A DNA stretch of 64,000 nt, from NCBI RefSeq assembly GCF_009914755.1, contig NC_060926.1; one strand, given 5' to 3'. Under the pieces are notes generated by a model, which had not been told where the DNA came from, searched no databases, and saw nothing but the letters and a program-made list of their open reading frames with translations. Each line of letters begins with the position of its first letter. The stretch's first letter is position 1. This stretch comes from the human T2T-CHM13v2.0 reference genome, Homo sapiens. Of this stretch, positions 13,301-26,233 are shown piece after piece. The translations under genes were made by a program, and so were the position numbers.

Positions 13301-16300
13301 TGGAGCTCCCGCCTACTACTTTGAAAAAAAGATTTGTATCAACACTACAATTTTCCATCATTAAGACTAATAACACAGAGCCTAGTATACATCAAGGGGA
13401 ATAAAAAGAAAAATCTCACATTCAAGTGGCGGCTGGGTGCTGACCTTTGTTCCCTTTTTTTGTGTACGACTTAACTCTTTACAAAAAAGAGCCACACGCC
13501 ACACCAACATGCAGGTGAACTCCAGCTAGTACTAGCAAAGCATAGCATTCAGTTGGAAAATTTGATAAATCTCCATGCAGGATAATGCATTTCATTACAT
13601 ATTCACTACATTAATTCTAGCTACATTAAAAAAAAAAGAAGAAGAAGAAGAAGAGTAGAATTGAAAGTGACATTGGATTTTAGCTATCTGGATACAAAGG
13701 TCAGTTTTCACAGAGTATGAATTTGCATGTACAAGCTTTTTTGAAAACCAGATCAGTCAGTCCCAACAACTGCACTTAAAAAAACTATGTGGAAAATAAC
13801 AGACAATGAACTTTTTACTTGTACCCTAATACATTTCATTATTTAGATGGTTTATGTCTGCCGCTAGAAAGGAAACTGGCCCCGATTCTAACAAATATTT
13901 GTTCTGATGTGTTAAAGCAGTGTTTCTGGACACCTATTATCTTGCCTTTTCTTATTCTGGCAAAATCTTAGGGGAATAAGTAAACAAACCATATTTACCT
14001 TTAAGCCAAAAGTACTTGAAATCATTACAGACCAAAGGTTTACAAACATCTTTCAACTCGGTCTTGTTTATTTTAAGATATTCACCATCTTTTGCGTAGC
14101 CTCTCTCTACTGATACACTAGGAAAAGAACAAGCAACTTGTATTAGTATCATGTTATCAAAAACCTTGAGATCTCTACAGGAAATTTTGGAATTCTCCTC
14201 TGAAACCTAAAGAAGATAATGTCTTTGAGGAAGTATCAGCTAAAATGTTTTAATGGAAAGAGTTCTCTCTGGGCCCTTTTGCTTTTGTGAGGAATGTCTA
14301 GTAATCTTTAGGTCATAGTGTTACTAGACTCACTGTATCTCCATTTGCTTTAAAATATTTCTAAATCTGTATTTTTATAATTATCTCTAGATTATACAAT
14401 CTGTACATATGAGTATATTGTGAATGTGTAGATTCATGCATCATGAATATGTGACAGTTCAATCAAAAATAATTTAAACTTGTAAATGTCATAATGAAAG
14501 TATCAATAAATGGTTTTTAATGTTTAATTCATAACTATATGTTTTGATATTAATTTGGAACAATATAAAGCAGATTTTTAAAAAATAATCTCTTTCTATT
14601 AGATTACGCACATTTAAACAATAAGTGGCTCAGGCAAAATAAGTCATTTTAATGTCATCTGTGATGGATTTTTCTTGACAGCTACTGTAAATTACAATTA
14701 TACTGCTTCTCTCTGCACATGAAAGTAAGCATTGCAATAAATTATCTTTTATTTCAATCCATCATGTCTGCTTTTCAGAAACAGAAAACCTCAAATAAAA
14801 GTTCAGCACTATTGTAAGAAAAATACAGTAATTTGTGATCTGGTTTGAAACAAAAAAAATCTACTACTTTTTTGGAAAACAGTTGTTGGCTTTCAAAAAT
14901 ATTACTAATTGTACTTAAACATTCCTTTTCATTAGAAGGAATCCCTGGATTTGTGCATTTCTTCATTCATAACTACTGCCTAAAATAAATATCTAGAAAG
15001 AGTAAAGAAAAATTTCATAACTTATGAAATAACATGCCATTTGAGATCATTTATTAGAGATGTGACTATTTGGAGATTAGTGCTGTTTATAGGATTAATG
15101 TAAAATTGGCAATAAATCTATTTTCATGTGCATTTTTATTTCTTTATAACAGCATGTACGTAAACATAGTACTCCTCTGCCCTCTTGGGGAATGTATTTT
15201 TAGTCAAAAAACTAGTTGAAAAGTATTAAGAAATTTAATTTACCTAGGTGACATTTAAATTGAGTATAACTGCCTCATGAAAAGGAATTAAACTGAAGAA
15301 AATGGTCACAAGATGAAATTCCTTAAAAGAGGTATCTTTTTCATGTATAAACTGTAACTACAACATGAATTGTAATCAGACAGTATAATAGGAAAGTAAG
15401 TTCATAAACAACCTTTATGTATCCTCCTCTCCCTCTCCAAATATTCCATATAAAAGGCCTCAAATCACAAGTGTGCTTGGGTTCATGGGCAGATGTCACA
15501 CTGTCTTAAAGGATTTTTAGTTAGAGAAAATCAGAAGATCTACTACCAGGAGAATTCTTTTCAGTAGGTTTCAGCAGAGCGAAGACAGATTTTATCCGTG
15601 AAATGTCCAGGGCAAGAAAACTCTTGTGCACAGAAAAGGGTTATGGCCTGTGGTGACTGGTGTTTGGGAGCACTTCGGTGCTTCTGCCTGCCCTGCTGTT
15701 TCCATTTTCCCCAGCATGCCAGTCAAGAGCTGCAGACATACTCCAACTCCCCATGCCACAGTTAGGGTTACCAGTACTTTCTTTCAAATTAGAGGAGTGA
15801 AATTTGCTACTACTGGTCACTTGGATTGTCTCTGTGAATTTGGACTTAAACCCTACAATCAGGTAAATAATCTTGTGCTCCCCATTTATTCCAAAATAAT
15901 AGAAAGGGAATGCTTTTAAACAGTAATTAGGAATATTAATGAGATCCTATCTGACTTAGTTCCAGTAAGTGCTAAAAACCACCTACCAATCCAGAAGGAA
16001 AATACTCTGCAAAGCAAACAGGAGTGTATACTCAGCTCCTGAGAGTCAGGCATTAAGATGTGCTCAAGCAGGGAACTGGGGGAAATTTGGCCTGTTCTTT
16101 TCCTCTTTCCACCTGGCTGTGAAATCCTCTAACCTTTGCATCCATGACACACAGATTCTATGATACTCCTGGAGCCAGAAGTTCCAGCAGGACCCACGGA
16201 GTAAATTGTTGTAGGAGAATGCTCTTAGATATCTTTAGCCACCTAGTAATTGCACAGCTTCTTTTATGCAGAGGAACGAGAGGTATGATGGGGGGAGGGA

Positions 16301-18039
16301 CCCTAAGTGTTTTTTCAGAGTGGGCTTTCTTCCTCTCCTCTCATCGGAAATTAAAATGAAGATTGCCATTGTAACACACATTTAAGATGTAGCCGTGATG
16401 CCTGCCAATCAGCCGGATCCTCTAAAAACAAAAAAAAAAGAACCTAGATTTTTTTTTTTAGAAGAGAAAATAGAATAGTTTATATTGAGTGTTCTTAGAA
16501 TCATTGAGGTTTGTTGGGATTGAACTAACATAATTTATAGGTTTAGGGAGAAACTGTTCCTGTAAAAAAAAAAAATCTAGATTATTATGTCCTATTTAAT
16601 TATCTTTCTTCCACCCTGTATTCACTCTTCATCCTCAGTGTTTATTCAGAAACTGTGTGGCACAAATAAAAACACCTTGGGAAACACCAAATAGAAATAC
16701 TTGCCCACCAAAGATCCACAGAAATAACCATAAAGTACAACGTAAGAGATAAAAACCTTGACTTACCGTTCCTGTCCTCAACATATGTATAGCTTACCTA
16801 TTTCTGCACTAACAGTTACATCAAAATTAAATCTGAATAAGAGGCTGCCCATCTGCTGGTTATAGTGACATCCAGGTCTAAGTGAAGCTGTCTTACAAGT
16901 CTGGGGATGGTTAAAATTATTTAGAAAAATGTATAAACATGAATGGCCATAAAGATGCTGGCTGAAAGCCTGTGGGTTCATGTTAAACTAAACTTAGAGT
17001 CTGTTAGAGACTCTAGTTTGAGATCTAGAAACTTAGTTCTGTTAATAATTGAAATAGTAGTCCTGTAAATCCCAATCTAGTGTTAGGGTTAGGGGCATTT
17101 TGCCCTTTGTCCACATGAAAATATAAATTCTTAATAGTATATATGTTCTTGTTTGTCTGATGCTCCCCAAAATAAACATGTTAGCTGATTTCAAGGACTA
17201 CTTTTCAATCTTGTAGATGAAGATTTTAGAATTGGAGTCTGTGTGCTTGGTTTCAGATGGAATGTAAAACATTTGCATGTAACTAATGTAGTGCATGCAA
17301 TGTACTTCTCCACATACATGTAATGAAGTAACTAATGAAGCACTAAGAATTGGGAATCACAATACTAGCTTATCTTAAGCATCCTAGTGATTAAAAAGCA
17401 TTCTTTATGAATTTTGTTAATGGTGCAGGTCTTGAATGGAACTCTCAAATGATCTCACGGTTTTGGAGTATTTCAAGAATATTGACAAAGTAGATTGAGC
17501 TTTTCGTGTGAGTGTGCCTGTTGGTAAAATGTGTAACACTTTGAAATAGAGCAGAAAAAGGGAACCATAGAAGTAGAAAGTCATATTTCTATATTGTAAT
17601 TTGTTTTATATTTGGTTCCCCAATCAGGAGTAATTTATAGTCTTTTTGTGAAACCTCAAAAAAGCCAGGCAGGTTTTTATGACCTGCATTATATGCACAT
17701 ATATCCCGGTTATGTATGGCAATCACTATGTGTGTATACACACTCACTTGTTGTCTAAAAGTGGCTTTGTTTGAATGCTGTACAAAGGTAAATGACTCAA
17801 ACGACTGTGTTGGATAGATATGTACCTTCTCTCTTCATATATCCAAAGACAGTGGTTGCAGGCAACAGCAAAAATTAAAATTATTACAGCATAATGAAAA
17901 CACATGAATGTTATTATCTGACTCTAAATATTACTGACTTTTTCTTTTTCAGAGAATATTTTCAAGTGACTTTGTTTTATCTTAGTATGCCTGAAAAACT
18001 TATCTAATTTAATTAAATATTTTTTGGTCACTTTTAAAG

Positions 18040-18137
18040 CCACATAACTCATCAGAATGGTTTTCAAGTCTGTCCACATTTTGTGGGACATGGAATAGGA
18101 TCTTACTTTCATGGACATCCAGAAATTTGGCATCATG
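18040..18137 (+). CDS. METAP1D: METAP1D exon 7 (98 bp; HITHQNGFQVCPHFVGHGIGSYFHGHPEIWHH)
   Basis: taaag acceptor, G|gtaaga donor; GHGIG motif. Confidence 0.96.
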
Positions 18138-19457
18138 GTAAGAAAGTTCATTTGGAGGCTGTTTCTTGATCAGAGATCAAGATGTGGCAGCTTTGACCCT
18201 GAAGCTCTTCCTCTGACTTTGAATCTGCATTATCAACCTTGTGTTTGTGTGTGTGTTTATGTGCAGGGGGCAGGGGAGGGGGGTCTGCTTAATTTTAACC
18301 GGGACATTACTGTGTTACTGGATTAGAGCCCAGCTGTTTCAATCCCAAAATAAGGTTTATTTTGCTCTCTGTCTTCTCCTGAAGGGTGCATGGCTGGAAG
18401 GCACAAGGGATATTTGTGTAGAAAAAGTTACTGAAAACAAAACGCCACTGCATCAGTGTCCCAGCAGCATGCACATATGACTGTTTCTGTTTTTCTTTTT
18501 CTACCCCCTTTTCTAGCTGCTGACTGTTGTGGTTAAACTTCATTACATCCTACACAGCGTTGACAGCTGATGTATTTAGCAGCATGTACTCCTTCGTGAT
18601 TTCTAGATTATGCCCACCCTTGTCTTCCTTCCCCAGAATCTCTTGTTTTTCACTGCCTGGGTGTGCACCCTATAGTGAGAAGACAGGGGTGGGCCCAGAG
18701 GGGTGGGAGGATTTGGATTGAGGTAGGAGGCAGCTCAGTGGAGCACCCTCAAGGCAGGTCCACACCTGGACGGGGATCAAAGGAAAGTTGGTCCTGGGGC
18801 CTTGACCTGTGCCCCTATGGACTTGATTGGTCCATAGAAGGACTACTCTTTCGGACCCATGCCCTCGAGGATCGCTGGACACCCAGCAGGTCCAAACCCT
18901 CTTTGGACCAAAGAGCCCCCACCTAGGCAGCTCAAGAGGTTCAGGTGAGAGTGCAGAAACGGCTTGTCAGCCTTGTGCCCTACCTGGTGCCAATGTCTGG
19001 AGTGAAGCTATTTGAAGTCAGGCCCCTGCTCCCCACAACCTGCACCAAAGGAGGCTTCCCTCCTTTGCATCCTTCCCCAGGACTTCTTTGAGTGAGGGGT
19101 GTGGGCAAGGCCCAGGACCCAGTAGTAGGCTGGGAGACCTAGTAGCCTGGGGGACAGGGAGAGGGGGCGAGGAAGCCTGACGTGTCTGAAACAACCAGGC
19201 TGCCCCTGCCAGGCCTTGGAAAACTCTTCTGGGGGAGTCTTGACCCAGAGCACAGATAATGCAAAGACTCAGGCCCAGTAGCCCCGTGTTTAACTCCTGG
19301 TCACTATCCAGGACTCCAGAAATCTCCACCCTTCCTTCTCTAAAAGAAGAGAAATAAAACGACCAAGTTTTTTAAAGGGGCCTGACCCCTGTAATCTGTT
19401 TTTTTTTTCTGTCCTCCCCATTTCCTATTCTCACCCCCCATGTTTTTTGTTTTGCAG

Positions 19458-19505
19458 CAAACGACAGTGATCTACCCATGGAGGAGGGCATGGCATTCAC
19501 TATAG
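19458..19505 (+). CDS. METAP1D: METAP1D exon 8 (48 bp; NDSDLPMEEGMAFTI)
   Basis: tttgcag acceptor, G|gtaaat donor; GMxFTIEP motif completed by exon 9. Confidence 0.95.
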   Translation, partial: QTTVIYPWRRAWHSL

Positions 19506-20370
19506 GTAAATTGAGCTCCTCTTCCGAGTGAGTGCGTAGCTCCTGGTGGAAGCTTTTGCCACTGGCCTAGGCCCGGCAGTCCGGTGAAGGACCAATAAAG
19601 CCAATCAGTGTAATGAAATAATTCGGATGCACTGGAAATCTGATTAAATAATATCCTCAAGCCCCATCTTCCTAAATCAGATACTTACCGACACATTTAG
19701 GAGAAGGCAGCCATCCAACCTCTAATTCTGTTACCAGCATAATGTGGTGTTGGGTTTTTTGTTTTGTTTTGTTTTTTCATTAACACCCAGTAACTAGACA
19801 CGATTATGTCCCTTGCTCCCTGTCAGCAAGTGGCATGTGCTCTCTGGTGGCCCGTTCCTGGCTGATCCTGTGATTGGTATCACCACCAAATTCCAGTCAC
19901 CTAGGGCCGTAAAGACATCCTGTTTCTGACTGTGGGACTTAATGGAGAAGCAATTAGAGTGAAATAAGAAAATTGTTATTTGCTGATGAATGAACATCTC
20001 GAGCATGTTTTTAAAATTTAAATATTTTTTTAAAAATTGGTATTTATAAGAGGGACTGGTGTTTGGGTGGTTATTATCCACGGGGTCCTAATTAAAGCTT
20101 GATTAAAATGCCCTTCTTTCTCTAAAAAATTACGAACTAGGCAACTTCATACATTTTGAATGGCGCAGTGTTTCCTCTTCCAACTGTTTAGTTTGTAGTA
20201 TACTATGTAAGCAACATCAATTATCAACCCTTGCAAGATGACAACATGAGCCTGTGGGGGAAGCACTTGAGGGGAGGGAGGAGAAACTTCTCTTTTTTAA
20301 TAATCAGCCGGAAACAATGTTTAACAAGAATCTGATGAGGTCACTGCAGTAAATATTTTTCCTCTTACAG

Positions 20371-20449
20371 AGCCAATCATCACGGAGGGATCCCCTGAAT
20401 TTAAAGTCCTGGAGGATGCATGGACTGTGGTCTCCCTAGACAATCAAAG
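20371..20449 (+). CDS. METAP1D: METAP1D exon 9 (79 bp; PIITEGSPEFKVLEDAWTVVSLDNQ)
   Basis: ttacag acceptor, AG|gtgttt donor; DxWT motif. Confidence 0.95.
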
Positions 20450-20570
20450 GTGTTTGCTTTCTGCTCTGTTGCTTTTAAATTGTATGGGAAAGGAAGATTG
20501 GTCCGACGGCGCGCTTGTGGCCCGGCCGGAGCTTGCGTGCGCGTTCTGACGGCTGGGTGCTGTGTTACAG

Positions 20571-20649
20571 GTCGGCGCAGTTCGAGCACACGGTTCTGAT
20601 CACGTCGAGGGGCGCGCAGATCCTGACCAAACTACCCCATGAGGCCTGA
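20571..20649 (+). CDS. METAP1D: METAP1D last coding exon (SAQFEHTVLITSRGAQILTKLPHEA*)
   Basis: ttacag acceptor; SAQFEHT motif with the last metal ligand; TGA at 20647-20649. Confidence 0.96.
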
Positions 20650-20688
20650 GGAGCCGCCCGAAGGTCGCGGTGACCTGGTGCCTTTTTA

Positions 20689-20694
20689 AATAAA
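20689..20694 (+). terminator. Proximal poly(A) signal candidate of METAP1D
   Basis: AATAAA 40 nt after the stop codon; longer 3' UTRs are also possible. Confidence 0.45.
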
Positions 20695-23600
20695 TTGCTG
20701 AAATTTGGCTGGAGAACTTTTAGAAGAAACAGGGAAATGACCGGTGGTGCGGTAACCTGCGTGGCTCCTGATAGCGTTTGGAAGAACGCGGGGGAGACTG
20801 AAGAGCAACTGGGAACTCGGATCTGAAGCCCTGCTGGGGTCGCGCGGCTTTGGAAAAACAAATCCTGGCCCTGGACTCGGTTTCCCAGCGCGGTCAACGC
20901 ATCTGGAGGGGACTGGAGGAAACCCCCTTGTTGGAAGAGATTCCAAGAGAAGCACGGTTTTCTCTTTCCCTTGCCCTGACTGTTGGAGTAAAAAACCTCT
21001 TAAATCCATTGTATCAGAGGTCCTTACCTCTCTGACAGTTACAATGATCTTTGTATCTGAACTTTGCACGTCTGCCGAAAAATCCGAACCTGTTGACTGG
21101 GATTTTTAAGAATCCGTTTCTCCCTTTTGTGTATTCCATATTGGCCGGCCCCAAGGATGCTCGCAGAAGCCAGCCCCCAACCCCAGCCCTTCCGTATCTT
21201 TCCCCTCCATCGCGGCTTTGCGATGAAAGATTAGCCCGCGAACAGAGGCATTGATTACAAACATGTCCTTGGCAGTGGACTCTGGGCCTGGCCATTCTTC
21301 AGGTTTCTGTCAATCCAGAAACGCGACTTTCCTGGACCCCTGCGGCTCTTCCTCCCCCGCCCACATCCAGCCCTCCAAGGCCAGTCCAGAGGTGAAGTTT
21401 GAGGCCCTCCCCCCACCCACCCCACACGCACGCACGCACGCTAGAGCGTTTGCTGCACTAGGAATTCGAGCTTGGGCCCCACTCGCCCAGGTGTGAACAG
21501 TGGCTGATTAGTGGGCGGTCTAGTCTCTAAAATGACCCCTCCCCAGACTGGCCCTTCTCGCATCGGGACCCGCGCTTGCACGCTGCAGGAGCCGCAAACG
21601 TCAGCTGTTCTGGAAACCGAGAGGGTCCCAGAGAGAGGAGATACGGGCGCATTTGAGAGCAAGGGCCTACTTGGCCGGGACTGAAGCTTGCGAGTTGAGC
21701 TCCAGTTCGGCCGGCAGTTCCATCCCGCTTCAGGAACAGGAATCCAAGGGCCCACGCTCTGTCTGCCAAGGGCCATTCCTGCCCGGAGCACCCTCCTTTC
21801 CCTTGCGCTTGCTCTCCGGTACCTGTTCCGCACCTGAGCTCAAGGGCAGGGAGAGGCCGGGCCTCTGGCAGTCCACGAAGGAAGCCGTCTGCCTTCGGTT
21901 ATGATTTTAGGAACAAGTCCAACGAGGGTGTTCAAGCAGTTAATGGTTGTGCTAACTCTTGTTTCTACTGAAGCGGGTTTTGCAAAGCTGACATCCCTTA
22001 AAGATAACTTGGGCTTTCGGAAGCGGCAAGGAAATGGCACCTGTAGTTGCCAGGACAGGTGGTGTCCTCGGCCAGGACTAAGAGCCAGCTCATCTTTGTA
22101 ACATTCATAATACGGGAAACTGAGGACCAGGTGGCTCGGAAAAGAGATGAGTTCCAGCTTTTACCTAACACAGGGTTCTCTCGTCGTCCCCCAACCCCTC
22201 CAGCTCGGCTTCTTTGTGTCCAGGGTTGTAGATTTTTGGATAGAGGTGTTTCTGATTCTAGTGAGTCTGAGAACTGGAAAAGACCAAGGAGGGGTTGATG
22301 ATTTACAAGGTCCATAGAAAAACTTTTTGTGTGGTCGGAAGTTGGCCAAGCAGAGGCCCACAGCCTGATGCTACTGCCCCCCACCCCCCCAAAGATCTGA
22401 ATTCCCTAAAGATCAAGAGGGTTCAGCTGGCCTTGGGAGATGTTTGCTGGAGAATGACTTCAGTTTTCTCCTAAGGCAATCAGATTGCAACCATTAGCAT
22501 TGTATCTTATCTGCAAATCAGTTTACTCCGAGGTTCCCCAAGGATAGTTTTATTAGGACCACAGGACTTTACTAACCACTGAGGTAACACGCTGCTTGTG
22601 CAGCAATTATTTTGAGGTGGAGGTATTTATGGGACAAGTTTATAATTCCATTTATTAAAGGGACTAACCTAAAGTGTGTGGGTGTATATATATATGTGTG
22701 TATGTGTGTACCAACACTCAGCAGCTCCCTAAAGAACTCCCTTTAACATGCTTTGAAGTTGAGATTAGGAAGTAGATTTAAAAATACCTCGTCCACGCCT
22801 TCCTGTCCCTCTTCCAGCTGAACTGGCCGAAAACCTCACCCAGAGCCACTGGGATTCCAGCCAAGAGTGGCTGCGGCTAACACCACCAGGACCTCCTGGT
22901 CCTGAGGTGACTCCAGTAGGCTCCATGAGGAATCCCGGACCCTCAGGACAAATGGGAGAGTTTTGTTTTCTCTCAGAGTGAGGGCAGGCAACAATTTAAG
23001 CAAACCGGCATTCAGAACAGGTGTCACCTTAGCAGTAGGGGGTGGGAGGGATCCACTCCAAGTTCACTGAGTGCAGCTAAGATCCCACATTGAGAAACCA
23101 GCTACCGCCAGCGGCTCGGCATCAGAGGGCCCGCGCTCAGTGCTCCTCCCTAGACCTTTCTGAGCTAAGAAATAATTCCGGAGTGTAGCCATCTCTTGCT
23201 CACACACAACCCGCTTCTAAATTAAGCAAGGCTCTGAAACAGTATCCCGAGGGGCTCATGCCGGACTTTTGTTCCAAGAAGGCAACCAGGTCCCCTGTGC
23301 TACCGCAAAAGTCTTTGATCCTTTTCCAGCTGTGGACACAGAGCACCCAAGAGACTGTCGCGATGTGCGGCCGTCTCTCCCCTTCCCCCACCTTGCAAGT
23401 CTCTGGAATACACTGTCCCTAGGCGGCCCGGCCGTCGGGTTTCCTCACGCCTTGCCCTGAGCTCCGGGAATTACCAATTCCGCTTTCCCCGGTCCCAACC
23501 CCGACCCCGCGCCCGCCGCGGCGATCACTTACTTGGGCAAGGCCCTCAGGGCACGCGCGAGAGACCTGGGGCCCGGCAGTATCCGAGCGACTGTGCTGGG

Positions 23601-25599
23601 CACACGGCGTGGCACTCCATACCCTAAAACAGGCACTAGGAAGGAGCAATTAAAACCACAAGTGCGACACAGAAATCAGGACGAGCCGAGCGGCTCCCGG
23701 AGTTGCCTGGTGGCGGAATCATTAGCTGGCTGTTGCTACAAAGCCTCACCGTGTGGTTCGGTGATTAAGAAAAAAAAAATCTTTTAAACGTTGGCAAACC
23801 CGTTATTGGTTTGGCGTATTGGGTTTTTTTTGCTTTTGCTTTTCTTTTTGCTCCAACCACTCTGCCTGAAATATTTCTGCCCCCAGCATTGTGCCCTTAA
23901 ACCAAAGGAGAGGAATTCTGCGGGCAGCAGCAGCTGGTACAGAAGTTAAAAAAAAAGAGAAACCCCCTCTACTAATATCTGTAACGACAGCACCGATGTA
24001 ATTTGTTTTGAATGTTCATTTTTATTGGTGTTCCCTCTGCCAAAATGTGCTTGATTACAGAGGTTTGTCCTGTGATCATTGCACACTCCAGACAGGGGAA
24101 GGTGCAGCGATGAAGGTTCAGCTCAGGCCAGATCAAATCCCGGGCTGTTTAACGCTGAAAGGCTGCATGTTGCTATTAGTGTTAAATATATGGCTAATTA
24201 TGCGTATGAAAATTAAACATCAGTGTTATGCTAATGGGGCGCCTTCAGCTGCGGATCTGAGCACTTGAGACTACCATTTAATCAAATGAATCAGTAACTA
24301 ATACATCTGCACGTGTGAACTTTCACAAGATCATTTCCCCGTTCCCGTCACACCGCTAAATTATGAAAGAAATAATTATCAACACTTTCTAATTACCTAA
24401 CAAAGTAATTTGGGATTCACCGTGGGGCTGGCGGGATGGGGAACCAACATCCACTTACAGCCAGGGTGGTGTACGCCACACCGCGAGGGACTGGCTGTAT
24501 TGGTAGTAGTGGCGATGGGGTGGGGGCTCTTGTGCACTTTTTTGTACCTAGCACCCCAGAAGACAGAAGGAGCAGCGGCAGATCTTGCCTCCACTAGCCC
24601 TGCCCCCTAGGCCTGGTGGCGCGCGCTTTGGCCACTGGAGGTGAGGAAGATCCTGGGTGGCAACGAGAGACGTCTACACATAGATAAGGGAGCCTACCAC
24701 AGGCCTGGGTTTGCTGCGGGTTTCGGTGTCCCCCAGGGACTCCTAAACTCTGGAAGTCGCGCTAGACCTCAGGAGGCCGGAAAATGACCACCTGGCGTCG
24801 GTGGCTCCAGCAGATCTGAGCCCCTAGGCCCCCTGGGCTCCACGCTGAGCCGCGCTCTCGGGGCGAGTGAGCCCGGGGCTCTCCGCGCATGGGGAGTGGA
24901 GAAGGGAGGGGGAGGAGGAGGAAGGCTGGGAGGGAAAGAGGATGTGTGTGTTGGGGGAGGGGGCGGTGCAGCCGCCTTTCCTGGGAGGAGAAGCGCGGGT
25001 TCCTGGCTCTCCACGCGCACTGCTTTAATCAGACCCGTGCAGCCTCGAGCTGGAGTGGCCAGCTGGGCCTGGAGCAATGCGAGCGGGCCCCAGGGAGCGA
25101 CAGCGGCGTTGGCGCAGCGGCCGAGTGAGTGAGTTCGCAGGGAGGGCCCCTAAGCCCCGACTCCAGGGATGCGGCAGAGCGTACCGGGGAGGCGCGGCCG
25201 GATAGGCGCTGCGCTAGGCACAAGGCTCTTAGGAGAACCTCTGTCTGTTGGCCGCCTCGGGCGCCCCCAGTGCGCGACTCCGCGCTCCAGAGGCAGAGGT
25301 CAGTCTCCTCCTGAGCCGCCCTAGCTCTGCGCCGAACTGAGTGGCAGCGACGAGAAGCGGTCCCGGGTGTCCGGTGTTAGGGACCGCTGAAGGGTGGGGA
25401 CAGTGGTAGGGGGGCGGCGGCGCGGAGCCGCTGGTTGGTTCCTGGGGAGGAAAGCGCGCGAGGGAGGCGGGAGGCCGATGAGCCGCGGGCCGCAGGGGCC
25501 CCGGCGCAGACGCCGCAGCCCATTGTGCTTCCTGCCCGGCGCGCTCTGTTGCAGAGGAGCCCCGGCCGGAAAGTGTGGATGCGTCTCTCCCGAGGCCGG

Positions 25600-25730
25600 G
25601 CCGCCTCGCCCGCTCTAGTCCAGCGGAGCCCGAGCGCCTCGGACCAATCCCCAGTGATTATGCAAGACAGCGGACCAATCAGCTCCGCCAGCTCATGAAT
25701 ATTTATGACCTTCGCTGAGTCAAAGCTTTG
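25600..25730 (+). promoter_or_regulatory. DLX1 core promoter
   Basis: Two CGGACCAATC CCAAT boxes (25640-25649, 25671-25680) followed by an AT-rich TATA-like element (about 25697-25707) within a CpG island, about 200 bp before the ATG. Confidence 0.7.
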
Positions 25731-25920
25731 AACCGAGTTTGGGGAGCTCAGCAGCATCATGCTTAGACTTTTCAAAGAGACAAACTCCATTTTCTTATGA
25801 ATGGAAAGTGAAAACCCCTGTTCCGCTTAAATTGGGTTCCTTCCTGTCCTGAGAAACATAGAGACCCCCAAAAGGGAAGCAGAGGAGAGAAAGTCCCACA
25901 CCCAGACCCCGCGAGAAGAG

Positions 25921-26233
25921 ATGACCATGACCACCATGCCAGAAAGTCTCAACAGCCCCGTGTCGGGCAAGGCGGTGTTTATGGAGTTTGGGCCGCCCAA
26001 CCAGCAAATGTCTCCTTCTCCCATGTCCCACGGGCACTACTCCATGCACTGTTTACACTCGGCGGGCCATTCGCAGCCCGACGGCGCCTACAGCTCAGCC
26101 TCGTCCTTCTCCCGACCGCTGGGCTACCCCTACGTCAACTCGGTCAGCAGCCACGCATCCAGCCCCTACATCAGTTCGGTGCAGTCCTACCCGGGCAGCG
26201 CCAGCCTCGCCCAGAGCCGCCTGGAGGACCCAG
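25921..26233 (+). CDS. DLX1: DLX1 exon 1 (MTMTTMPESLNSPVSGKAVFMEFG...)
   Basis: ORF 25921; CAG|gtacgt donor; 313+200+255 = 768 nt = 255 aa plus stop. Confidence 0.98.

Noticed and set aside
13628-13655. Poly(A)-(GAA)n tract near URE2
   Set aside because: Very short and ordinary
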